From assembly GCA_001949185.1 (NCBI GenBank), contig BDGG01000014.1, forward strand, positions 369,623 to 400,439: a stretch of DNA of 30,817 nucleotides, given 5' to 3'. Source of the DNA: Ramazzottius varieornatus. Lineage: Eukaryota; Animalia; Tardigrada. This document shows, one piece after another, positions 10,591 through 22,361 of the stretch (position 1 is the first letter of the stretch; each line of letters starts with the position of its first letter). The position numbers and the translations under genes are program-made. The notes beneath the pieces are model-generated. The model worked only from the letters and a program-made list of their open reading frames with translations, was not told where the DNA came from and did not search any database.

Positions 10591-13197
10591 CGTGCAAGAG
10601 ATTTGACGGCTACACTTTGCGAATATGAGAGTACTGCAAGTGGCAACAAACCACAGCATTCGTATGTTCCATCCAGGGAGAATTGTATTACGCGCACTGA
10701 GGACATACAAGAACTACTTTAAAGTGCCGACTATTTGGCTCGGGTAATCAAAAGGTGGATAATTTGATTTCCCGAACCAAATGATAGGCATTGCCGCTGC
10801 ACAATAGCTCCTCGGTTTAATATCCGGCACGTACGTACAGCAGTCCAGCCTTCAATGTTGGTTTTTACTTGTGCAAGAATCACCTGCTCGCGCCGCCGTA
10901 GCGAAAGGACCTGGCCCGTAACTTTTACTGGCCCATAATATTTCGTCGCGCGTGTACTAAACCGCCGATTACTTGAATACCCTAAAACTTTAGAACGGAC
11001 TGATACTTGCAGTGCTATTTGCTCGATTGATTACATTGATTATCCTCACGTAATCTCGGTTGAGACTATGTTTACCCAAACCGCCACAGCAGTATCCGCT
11101 CTCTAAAACAAAAAACAAAACCCAGAACCGAGCGGCTCTAAGAATACGCAGGACACATTCTGAAACGTAGGTTGTGGAAAAGAGAAGTGAGAGAGCAGTG
11201 CAGAGAAGCAGCTGTGCATATACAGATTCCATTAACGTCAGGTCTAGCTGATCGCCTGTTTTCGAACTTGAATTCCTCTTGGCCTTCTCCTCGGAGTCCA
11301 TCGGAAGAAAGCTTTGTAAGATAGGAAGCAGATAATGGAAAGATAGGCTCCAGACAGAGGCATAGATTGTCCGAACCGAAATTTCGATAGTGAGTCAATG
11401 GGCAAACTTCGTGCTTTGAATTATTCAGAGACTGTCGGAACAGTCGAGCCAATCAGCAAATCATGCACAGATGTAAAGGTCCGATACATCTGCGCATGGT
11501 TGGCTGTGGTTGAACAGAAGCTGTACAAGTGTTGTAACACAGCGCTCAATCTGAGCGAGACTTGCTTGATTGCTTGTAGTGAATTCCCAATCGGGTATCC
11601 TACAGTCTGTCCATAGGTGACGGATAGGGTTAAACTTCTACGATCCTAAATATACAGTCAGTTATGAGACGGCGGACAGCCTCGAAGTCGCCCATGACGC
11701 ATCAGCGCGTGTATCAAAGTATTGATTGGTTTCACTGATACGTCATGGACGAATTTGTAGCCGTGCGCCGCCGCCGCATAACTGACTGTAAATTTAGGGT
11801 CACAGAAGTCTATCCGCATCCGGCCACTATGAATCTCTTGACGCGCAAAAGAATACACGAAAGCGCAGAATAACGGTACGACAATGCGAACGTGAACGAT
11901 TAGCTGTCAGTCGTCCGCCCTTCACCACCTGATCCACCTTGATGAGTTCAGGCGGGTCAACCCCCAACGGGAAATCCGGTTCGTTCCCCAGTGGGATCGA
12001 CGACATCAGTGGTTAGTGGAGCTTCGTTCACCACTGCCAAATAATGAAGAAAGCATTGTGAAGCTTGGAGATGAAGAGTAGATCCCGGAGTATCCAGACA
12101 AACCCATAGAAACCGTAGGCAGTCTCAGCCGGAACGTAGCGGAATACATATTTTTTCAGGCGCGACTAGCAATGTAACGAAAAACGGAATGGGCATCCTT
12201 AAAAATTGGTCTGTTGATCGAGTGAGCTTCAGTTTACCATCTTTTCCGTCTGGTCCAATCTTTTTAACTGGCCCAAACTTTCACATCGTACAGTATGTGT
12301 ACCTCAGCGCAAGAGAGCTCATAGGCACGTGGTCTTTCGAAGCGAACACTCATGCTGTACATTGTTTCTAGTAATACAGAGAAATTCAAACGGGATCTGA
12401 CTTCAGCAGTGTCGAAAGACACAGATGGGTATTAGTTGTCCAAAACGGGGGCAATCAATCACCGACCAAATTCAGAGATGAAGTTCCAAGTTATGCCGCC
12501 CTGAAGACAAATCTGAACTGACAGCCCAATCTCGTGTGCCAGACTGCGAGAATCAGGAATCCCTGGTCTGTTTGGACGTCTAACGAGCGGTCAGACAAGT
12601 GTGATGGGAACGCTCCAAGGGGTCTGAATTTTCGACTGAAAAGTTGGACGCCAGACAGCAAAAAAGTGCACCTGCCTCCGTTTCGACACAGCACCCTATA
12701 TGAGGGTGCGTGAGCTAGTATCCTCCAATGAAAATTTTCAAGAATATCTTCTCAAAAGGGCGACCAGTTTTTTGAAACTTCAAGCCGGGGCGAAGCGTGA
12801 CGAAGTTGAAGCATGATGCCCCTGAATATTCCTAAGATTTTTATTCATGTCAGCTTTTTTCCTTCAACCGAAGCACATAATGGGTGGGGATGGGATGTAA
12901 ACGATCATGAGGTATCTATCGACCATAGCGATTGTACTGCTGTGGTTACGACTCGAAGTGCTGGTTATGTTACTATCTCGACTGATGCAAACTGCATGAC
13001 GATCGAAAGAGCTTGTGTATCCGTCATCCTCGTGGAACGAGACCGCAGTCGTAATCTCGCGCCCGCTGGCTGGGCGCAGCATGCAGAAAAGAGGCTGTAA
13101 CTCGAACGATCTCAAAAACTCTTCAACATTACTTATCCATTGACTTTGCCAGTAAGCTGGATCTGCATTTTGCTGCTGTGCTCGTCACCACATTATG

Positions 13198-13907
13198 AAG
13201 CTCTGTTTCGTCTACCGATCGGTAATACTTTTAGCCTCCTGGCCAACCCATCCAACATTTTTTATGGATTCTTTTACGGCCATAGTTCTTAGTTCGCGAG
13301 GCGGGTCAACTTGGCCGTTATAGAAAGTTAAGTTCAGCTTTCGATCATCCCGCTACGGGGGAAGATCAGCTGATAGGATCTCTGCTCCTCAGTATGTACG
13401 ATCCTCTACACTGTCGTACGCGTGAATCCGTCCCGGGTAGTGAGCACGCGGCAGACCGGCCAATCAACAGTCAGCTGTCAATCATTCGAGCATGAATGTG
13501 CAGTATCACACACGTTTAGCCCAGCGTGTCATTGATTACCTGATTATGCNNNNNNNNNNNNNNNNNNNNNNNNNNNNNNNNNNNNNNNNNNNNNNNNNNT
13601 CATGGCGCAATCTGCTTGACTGATTGACAGCTGACCGTTGATTGGCCGGTCTGCCGCGTGCTCACTACCCGGGACGGATTCACGCGTACGACAGTGTAGA
13701 GGATCGTACATACTGAGGAGCAGAGATCCTATCAGCTGATCTTCCCCCGTAGCGGGATGATCGAAAGCTGAACTTAACTTTCTATAACGGCCAAGTTGAC
13801 CCGCCTCGCGAACTAAGAACTATGGCCGTAAAAGAATCCATAAAAAATGTTGGATGGGTTGGCCAGGAGGCTAAAAGTACCACCGATCGGTAGATGAGAT
13901 AGAGCTT
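13198..13907. repeat. Fold-back: ~285-bp near-perfect inverted repeats flanking the assembly gap
   Basis: 13211-13484 is the reverse complement of 13621-13894 with about 2-3 mismatches; looser pairing out to 13198/13907; lies in an intron of the receptor pseudogene. Confidence 0.9.
13550..13599. other. Assembly gap (50 N)
   Basis: Run of N. Confidence 1.
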
Positions 13908-15789
13908 AGTTTCTGTGCGATTCGTACAACCCCTAACATTCACAACATACGATATGCTTCTGATGACGGCCCAGGTGATGCTCTTCCTGGCGCTGCAGAC
14001 AGGCGGCTGCCATGTACAGGTGTTACTCGTAGGTTGTGAATGAGTCAAGCAAGGGGAAAGAGGAAAGCGCCTCCGAACTTTATAACCGCTCTCAAGCAGT
14101 TCTTTTCGCACCAAAACCGGACTTATCTACACTCCGCCCAAGTCAACTTGCTACCTCTCATTAAATCGAGGCTGTCTCTACTGGAATAGTGTTTTACTTC
14201 CAAACTGATTTTCCCTGGTTTATATTCTATTTGCTACCTCCTGTCGAATTATTGGCCAAAAAGCCGTTTACAAACATTTAGGATCGAGATTAAACTCGGG
14301 AGGTGGCAAGTGAAAAACGTACCAACTCTTGCCGTTTTTGGGTCCGTTTTCGAAAAACTGTTTTTCAGTTCTCCATTGGCATCTCGTGGTACGGTTTTTC
14401 AAAATAATTAGAACATACATCGAGCTACAAGAAAAGTGGCTGGAAGCGTAAATCCGCCTTTCTGGAGAATAACTAGGAAGTTTTCTAAAAACAATTTCTA
14501 CCGGCGAAAAGGACAAATTCGAAGCATCCAAACAGTTTTTCAAGTGCTTTCGGACCTTCCCTGGTCCTTGTCAATTCTTTTCGGCTGCTGAGATGTTATA
14601 GTTTTGTTTGTATTAGATTCAGGGATGCATGAATGTTGTAGACTGTGTTTGACCTCCTGATGATATGTCTTCCCCACTGGTAGTCATACCAGCCAACTCT
14701 TCCATGAAATTTCTCGATTGAAAAAAGCGCTTCATACAGTCTGTTTCAGCCAAGTTGATCCCTTTCACTTCAGACTTCGACAGAAAGATCAGTTCAAGAC
14801 AAATTATTCCGATCCTTTTACGAGCTATAATACAAACTTTTTGCCATGTTTTTAATCATTTCTAACTACAAAGCGAAAACAAAATTTGCCATTGTTTTAC
14901 GAAAGAAATTAATGGGGGTGTCAAGAGTTACTGTTACTGTATAGAACCAGACTAGAGAACTGAAGGCTTGTGGTCTCTGATATGAACTTGTTTTTTATTT
15001 GTAAAACATGTTGTTTAGCTCATCCAGTCACAAGAACCTAGATCCGTGGGGACTGTAAGTCACAATCGCTTTTCAAGTGCGATTTTTCGAGTTTCCCACT
15101 GTATTTGGTCGTTGACCGAAACCTCGACATCTATTTCAGGGCTACATCAATTTTCGACCTATTTTTCCTTCGAGTGAAAATTTCATGGTCTAAACGATAC
15201 CGCAGTAGTGAGATCAATCGAAGTTGTTTCTGAGAGTGTAGAATTTTTTCCACAGACCCGGAAAAACGGCTCCAAGTAGGCATAATCGGATGCTCGCCTG
15301 AGGTCGAAAAATGTCGGCTGTTTTCGTCAGTCACCACTCGTGATAGAATTTCTCCCGAACATCAACAGGAGAGGCTTTTATCTTATTTTATAAATTTCAA
15401 GCATGATTGGGTAGTTCAGGGTGACTGTGGAGTCACCGCTACGTTATTTTCAAGACCGTCCGCATGACATCGAGTCAGGTGGTCGTCGTCCCAAAACGAC
15501 GGTATAAAAGCTATTCAGCAAGGCATGGACAAAAAGAGCACTTGTTAGGCTCCATTTTGATACCATGTTATCCGAGAACATGTTTGGAAAACTCAGTTAT
15601 GACTATTTTTCTGAAGGTGGGTGAGGCGCGCAACGGGTGGCGGCTTGATCGTCAGCGACCTCGGTCGTCTTCAATTTTGAGTCTGAGTCAAGATTCGCTG
15701 TGAATCCCAGTTCTTCTCCTACAGAAACGAGTGGGAAATCGAATGAAATCAGGATGGACTCGTTCTTTTGTGGACGCATAGGCTTCTTG

Positions 15790-16760
15790 AAAGTGAGGGA
15801 TCAACTTGGCTGGAACGGACTGTTGCTGAGTTCAAGCAGCATTGAAATTTGGACGGAAAGAGCGGAAGCATGAGGTAAGGTAGCAATCCGAATTTTTGAG
15901 CGTCGAAATGCCGCGTGGTAGCAAGTTGGCTTGGGCAGGGTTAACATTACAGCGACAACACAGGCATCATCGGCGGCCTCATTAGAGTTTTGCGGCACTA
16001 TTCAACCGAAGGTACTGTATTTTAAGCGTCAGCTCAAAATAGGTGACTTGAGTAGGACTAATATTGAACGGAGCCCGTTGTATAGGCTGTGTAGGTGATG
16101 GGAGGGATCGCTTTCGCCTTACGAGAGGTGCACCCCATGTCGCTGCCTAGGCCGATCTGTCCGGTTCCCAGCCGCCTTCCTTGCGGCTTAACTGGACCAG
16201 ATCCTGCTTGTTACGCTCAGGTTGGAATGCGTGGGATCGATGTTCCACTACATTAACGAAGCCCTCCCGCTGCGTAATCCACAGGACACGGATGTAGTCG
16301 GCAAATTCAGTTGATGAGTTGACGACTGAATCAACCAAATTTCCCGGGCAAAACAGTTGACTCGGGTGGTTTAGTTTATCCTCTAGAGCAGGCAGAGCAC
16401 ACCCGTTTCACAGCGCAGCCGACAGTTTTCGGAACGACACATTCAAAACCGGTCAACAGGAGCTTGAATCTGCTCGGATGATATCACTTCAAAAGGCTGA
16501 CAACAGTCGGCCATTTTAATGATGTCCCTTGAAACAATTAGGGACGTGAATTATCTCTATTTCCTCGCACCTTCTCAGTCGCTCTTTGTTGCTACCGGGA
16601 TCAGCAGGAAGTAAGCGTCGCAGTAGTCCGTCAGGCTCTGTTATCGCTGAATTTCTATTGCCATGGCATAACATGCAGGAAGGCCGTTGATGTTCACGTG
16701 ATCAAAATATTCTTTACCGACATGCCAGCATCCAGAAACGCCACCACCAGCATCTATCGA
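15790..16760 (-). pseudogene. Probable third, heavily decayed ANF-receptor-like paralogue
   Basis: DNA matches to the + pseudogene in inverted orientation (15917-15936 vs 14136-14155, 19/20; 15796-15823 vs 14736-14763, 26/28); weak peptide echoes ADYIRVLWITQ and PPITYTAY in the expected order. Confidence 0.5.
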
Positions 16761-17697
16761 GTAAATTTATCCGACACTTCATTCGACGACTTTGTGTCTT
16801 TATTCATCGAAAATATGACTGCGGAACCCGCATTATCTCTGTGGAACGTCTCTAATTCCTGCTGAAGTTCTTCATCTGTTCTACAGGTTGAAATCGATCA
16901 TAACGCTGGCACTGTATTACGGACTTGACATGGGAGGTCTGTAGTGATAGGATGCCCAAGACCGAAAAAAAAGGTTGGGGAGAAATCGAGAAGCTAAACC
17001 CATCCATGCTTCCCAAACTGCTTATGCCAAACTGAAGCCCTTTGAAGACTGCAAGGAGCATACCCTGAAAGTATCTTTTCGTCTTGGGACTTGAAGCTGG
17101 AAAAGGATCAGTGAATATGCAAGGACAACTTCGAAAGCGTTTCGGAGCTAAGTTTCGAAATGAGTTTGCCAGACCAATTTTCACTGAAACATCTTTGCAG
17201 CGTGTTCGCTACATGCAAAATAAGTTCAAAGACGGGAAACCAAGTAAAATACAGTGGAAACCAATGTTCTAAATTTTTGAGGTGTGAAGTGTAAACATCA
17301 GGGACGACTTGGCTGGATTGGGCTGTAGATTTCCCAACCTATCGATAGAAAATAGAATCTTCGCTTATCGTATCATGTTACGTTGTAAGCAAAATTAAGC
17401 TTTATCATCGCCGCAAGCGAAATGGTACTTGGTCGACATCTTGCATCCGCCGAGCCACCCTCGTCTCCGTAATTGCGATACTGACGACGCAAAGCTGACA
17501 CTCTTTCCGCCTAACTAAAATCTTCACTCAATCTCTTTCACAAAGTGCTAATTTAATATCTGATATAGCAAACACTGTAGCAATTATGACCCAAGTATTT
17601 ATCAAAATGACAGGATGAGCTTCGCCTAGTCAACGCATTCGGTCTTCGCTTTTCCACTTCCGTATCGGCTGGCGGTGCAAGTAGAGCAACCGTGTGT

Positions 17698-20600
17698 ATG
17701 ACCCTCTCCTCCATCTGGCAGTCGGTGTGTCAAGCAATGTCTGGCCATTCCTACTTTGACGCAATGACGGAGGTTTTACTGGATTTTTCAAATGGCTCAA
17801 GCATGTCATGCGGATTAGCATCCATGGTCACTGTGGAAGTCATCACTCTGACATTGTATTTTGGCGTCCAGATGGGTTCTCTATTTTACGTCCAGCCCGC
17901 GTACGAAGAAGCTCTGTCTGACATAAAAGAACAGTACTTCTGTGTGCGGTTTCGACAAAATATAGTTTACGATCCGAGTTGTCAGAGTTGTGTCGATCTG
18001 ATACCGAACAGCGAGGACATGCTGGCTCGATACTATTACTCCCGTTTGGGTCGATGGAATACTGCAAACCTGACCGTGTTTCTGTCAACTTCTGGAGGTG
18101 CGAGTGCTTGTAGCGTCAGGCACGTTAAGAGTTTCGTCACAGCAACATATTCTACTCTCATTTTCAGACTGTGAGTTTCGCGCAACGGCAAATCTGGCAA
18201 CTATGACAAGGAGCTTCATTATGAGGTACGTTTGAAGACGATTACATTCAGCCAGTTACCGCCTAGGAAAAAGGTGATCATAGATCAACGTAAATTATTC
18301 CCCGCAACAATTAGTAACTTGTGCTGGCTGTTCACGTAGTCCTGCTCAAGTACTAACAGTTAAATATTTTCAGCCCCTCGACCCCGCCGGATTTCCAGAA
18401 CAAAGAAAAATGGCCGACACGTATCACAGTGGGGGCAGGAGCCGCTGGCATGAGATCTCTGATGACTTCCGCCGTGTCATTGTTACGCTATTTCAACTGG
18501 ACAACGGTAGTGTTGGTTTGCGATGGACCCGGCAACTCTCCCATCTCATGCAACCTCGCACAGGTGCTCAAAGCCACCTTGATCTCTGCCTTGAAAGCGG
18601 AAGTAGAAGTAATCACGTTCGATGGGTCTGTGGAGTCCTTCGACTATCTGGCTGTTCTCCAGATTATAAAGAGGATAACTCGAGGTAAATGCTTCCTACC
18701 GTTACCGATATATTCACTGGATTTTGGAGGTTTCATCAATTCAAAGCTTACTGTAATGCTTCATACACGCGAAAAATCGCTTAGGGGTTTTGGTGGGGCA
18801 AGTTTTTCGGACCGGGGTTCAACTGCACGCATGTGATAACGTACCTCGCGAAGTTCATGAAGCATTACAGTATACAGGGTGAGTACGCCAACTTGCTTCC
18901 AACTCTTAACAATCACAGTCCGCTCGCTCGAGATCTGTACACTGCCTTCAGAATTCATTTTAAGGTCCGCTATACACTCACCACACAGCATGCCAAGCTC
19001 AGGGCCAAAATTACATGACACATGAATAACACCGTACTTTAAATGGCGTGATCAAGTAATCAAGTCGCTTGTGTCCGACTGTGTGGGTATGGCGAGCAGT
19101 CTCGTTAACCTTGCATGATTTTTCCATTCTGAAATCAGAAAAAAGTTTACGGATCTCGAGCGAGCGGACTGTATGGCGCTCTTGGCTGAGTGTATGTTCG
19201 TCCTCCTAACCTTTTTTTCCTTACTTTGGCATCCCTTTTGCTACCATTTAAAAATAAATTGGTCTGGAAGAACGTCTACAGGAAGCCTAGATTTGACCAG
19301 GGATTAGGGAAGGTGCAACCGCGGAACTGCTTCGGCCGGAACTTTCGCTGTTTCTCCCTCGGGGAAAAAATCTTTTTTCACTCAGTTGCAATCTTAGTTG
19401 AACACGGCTGATTGCAAACCCTTTAGTGGTAGTCCAGCGACCGACAAAAACATCGTGGTTCATTGTACCACTTTTTGATTCACTGATACAACTACTTTGG
19501 CAAGATCGTGCGAAAAAAAGGGTGGTCGCCTAACAAACAAGATGTCTCGAAATGGTCTGAATTTTTTTCGGAAAGTATGAAGTGTCAAGCCGTTCGCCTC
19601 ATGTACCTCAAACCCAATGTTATGTATCCTTCCAGTCCTTCTTTACTCCGGAGTTCAGCCGCCGACTTTGAGGAAAATCATGGTTAGTGTTCTCGCGTTG
19701 CAGTATTCAGGTTGCAGCTACCTGATTACCTAAAAAAGCTGAGAACAGTACGTTAAATGCGCGTCAATCATGCCTCACCAAACTAACTTTCGGTTACAGA
19801 TCCACGCTCATGCACTGAACATGACAAACGGCGACTTTGTAGGTTGAAGATTCGTTTTGCTATCTGAACTCCATGCCTGAACTTCGCATAGCTTTAGTTG
19901 CTTGTGATATGACAACTACAGGTACATCTGATTTACTTAATGCCAGCGATGAAAGGAAGAGGCTACAGCTGGAAATGGAATGACACGGATGATCGGGTAT
20001 TAGCGATGGTCCCAGTCGAGCCTACTTGCCCCCTTCACGGAACACTTGAACTATAATCAAATTCTTCGGATAGGTGATTCGGCTCGCTTACTCTGCAGTT
20101 CTGTTCGCGGAGCAGGACATAAGCCGAGACACACCACTGGCGGGCTCTTCGGGCTTCCAACTGCGGGAGAAATGGCGGGAACGGTCACAAAGGCTATTCA
20201 ACTTTTCGTACTCCCCGAAACAACAAGTAGGAGTCCATTTACGTATGAACTTGTACTTATGAGGCCAAAAAGTTTTATCCAGCTATTTATAGAACATCAA
20301 CCCGTTTATGGCCTACGATATGCTTCTTATGACAGCAGAAGTAAGTAGTAGTACAGCTGGGCTTCTTTGACTTCCTCTCTGATTTCGTTTTGGAAGTAAC
20401 CAATTGCGCGCTTTACGGAATAGGTGGTCAATGAACTCGCGCTTATGAACGGGGCGGCAGCCGCTGCAGACGGACCAGCGGTTTATCGCCGATTTTTAAA
20501 CCGTACTTTCCGCACGAGAACGGGTACTACTTACATCGACGGCGAGGGATCAATCGCCGGAATCAGCAAGCTTCTGCGCCAGTACACGCCAAACGGAACT

Positions 20601-21153
20601 TTAGCTGTACGGCTTCCTCTGCAGTCCACCTTTCTTTTGCATTTCTTCTCTTGGCGTTTTCAGACTTGTGGATTCTTATAGACTAGATATCTGTTGGAAG
20701 GTGTCCGCTACGATATAAGGGAAGTCAGCTCGGTTTCGTGGCCCGGTAACACATGGCCGGTTCCGAGTCGTCCGACCTGCGGATTCGACGGACTTGATCC
20801 TTCTTGCGCAGTTTCCGGTACTCGCACGCGAGAACTGCAACTATCAACAGCATTAGTGATGATCTGCTTGACTTCCACGCAGCAACCTTAACGGCTGTTC
20901 TTTTCCGAACAGGTGACGTCATTCGTTTGTGGGCTCCTGCATCATGTTGTGCTGTGCTAATTGGGATGCTAATGCTTCGTTTACTTAGCAGAGGTTATAT
21001 GTAAGTTGAAACTTGACCAAACCTTGAACAAAACAACCGTAGGATGTGATGTTCACGTTTAACCTTACTAACGGATTTTGCAGTGCAACGAGAGAAGACG
21101 GCTGGTGGATCCTCCCGACGGAAGAGTTGCGGCTAATTCAAACGACCACTTGA
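17698..21153 (+). CDS. Single-pass ANF-receptor-family (natriuretic peptide receptor / receptor guanylate cyclase ectodomain-like) protein with a short tail and no kinase or cyclase domain; 12 exons, ~534 aa
   Basis: Exons 17698-18097, 18168-18225, 18374-18684, 19704-19747, 19800-19838, 19922-19996, 20074-20226, 20293-20340, 20424-20606, 20682-20817, 20913-21000, 21084-21153 splice in frame (1605 nt). Motifs: LLRYFNWTTVVLVCD, ALNMTNGDFV, AYD, FLNRTF..TG..YIDGEG, WPG...PTCGFDG...C, a hydrophobic TM segment, WWILPTEEL, then stop. Start codon and signal peptide uncertain. Confidence 0.82.
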
Positions 21154-21604
21154 CTCATCAAATCATTGTTTCTATCATACTATAAAGACTTAAAGACTTA
21201 AACATTGTGGACATGAAATTTTGTTTGGCCCTGTTCGCAAGCACGCATTTTAGTTTGTAGTTTTGCCAAGTCTACTGCGATGAATGCGACATCGGTACAG
21301 AGTATGGGTCTAGCCAGAAGTTTCACTGGTTCATGTGGAAATTCCCACATTGGCTGTATACTACGGGGCGGACAGGGGTGGTTGGTTTTTAGTCGCACTA
21401 CCATACTCCAGCGTTTTCGAAGATATCGAAATTTTCATCCACGTTCGAACAATACTATGGATGTTGTGGTGGGTTTTGTTAACGCCGGTACCATCAGAGA
21501 GCTTGGAGAAGGACAGCTGCTTAAACCGTACAGCCGTATAACATGGAAGCGCAAGAAGCACTTACCACCACTAACTATTACTACCATTGGTCTGATGCGC
21601 AGAC

Positions 21605-22275
21605 TAGTGGTCGGATAAATACGATACGATAGGATAGGGTATTTTGTGATAATTATCTTTAATATTGATATTTCGCTTTCGATATCAAAAGCGCATTGAT
21701 ATTTTGGTATAAGTTTCTGATGTTTTATTTCGATATATCGAATTTTACCTCGGTGACATATCGATATTGAAGCTGGTACAGGTTAAAATTGTCGAAATCA
21801 AGGAGAGCCGACAAGGAACCAAAAGATTGATTGTAAACTGCATTCCAGTCAAATCCAAGTCAGAATTCGGATCTCTCGACATGATCGTTGAAAAGTTTGG
21901 ACATTGCCACAGAAGCCAGACTATGCGAGCCGCGGCGAGTCCGCGGACAAATGTGAAGTTGGGTTTGCACGCTGCTCAATTTATGAATGTCTGTCGTCGC
22001 GCCCCTAGGTACGGTGACTGCCTACTGTGCCGAAGTACAGATGGATGTATGTGACTGAAACGGACGAGGCTTCGCTGCCTGCGCGACTCCGAATCGGAGC
22101 ATTGACTTTCGCTGCGGGTTTAAGATTCATCGGCATATCTTATACTGTGTATACCAGGATATGATATTTTCAATTTTCATATTCCACTCAGCGATATCCC
22201 GTCCATATCGATATTTCGACATGATATTTTTGGCATATCGAATCATTCTGATGCGACATATTTCGATAAAATCAA
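21605..22275. mobile_element. Probable non-autonomous DNA transposon with GATAT/ATCGAT-rich subterminal arrays
   Basis: Dense CGATA/GATAT/ATATC motifs at 21614-21770 and 22134-22273 around a unique core; termini not resolved. Confidence 0.5.
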
Positions 22276-22361
22276 GGACAGAAGGTGCATCGCTTCGAAC
22301 CTGGCAACTAGCCCTTGCAAGGAACAGAAGTAATCGACCTGGAAGGTGATCAGACTTCTAC

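Larger units (their letters stand above)
12830..14790 (+). pseudogene. Pseudogene paralogue of the ANF-receptor-like gene at 17.7-21.2 kb (exons 6-10 equivalents)
   Basis: WGWDVNDHE|gt ~ WKWNDTDDR|gt; ACVSVILVERDRSRNLAPAG...*LERSQKLFNITYP|gt ~ AYSAVLFAEQDISRDTPLAG...WRERSQRLFNFSYS|gt; TYDMLLMTAQ|gt..ag|VVNE...FRTKTGLIY ~ AYDMLLMTAE|VVNE...FRTRTGTTY. Stop at 13098, a frameshift near 14090 and lost acceptors. The 5' part may extend to ~11.3 kb (weak). Confidence 0.82.

Noticed and set aside
10990-12700. Independent genes, or 5' exons of the receptor pseudogene
   Set aside because: Only faint echoes (EPISKSCTDV vs DPSCQSCVDL; PSPPD vs PSTPPD); cannot be supported without alignment tools.
14136-15936. 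Exact centre of one ancient 30-kb palindrome
   Set aside because: The inverted matches lie near the midpoint but are explained by tail-to-tail receptor paralogues, and the SLC22 and intact receptor genes have no mirror copies.
16147-16350. RT C-terminal motif (QLSRKEGG) or PIWI-like motif (PGNLVDS..TEF)
   Set aside because: Only a few residues match and there is no supporting domain context; DNA similarity links the region to the receptor pseudogene instead.
20664-20681. Premature stop in the receptor gene (TCGFL*)
   Set aside because: The TAG at 20679-20681 works as an in-frame splice acceptor after a pyrimidine tract, so the frame can stay open; needs RNA-seq to confirm.
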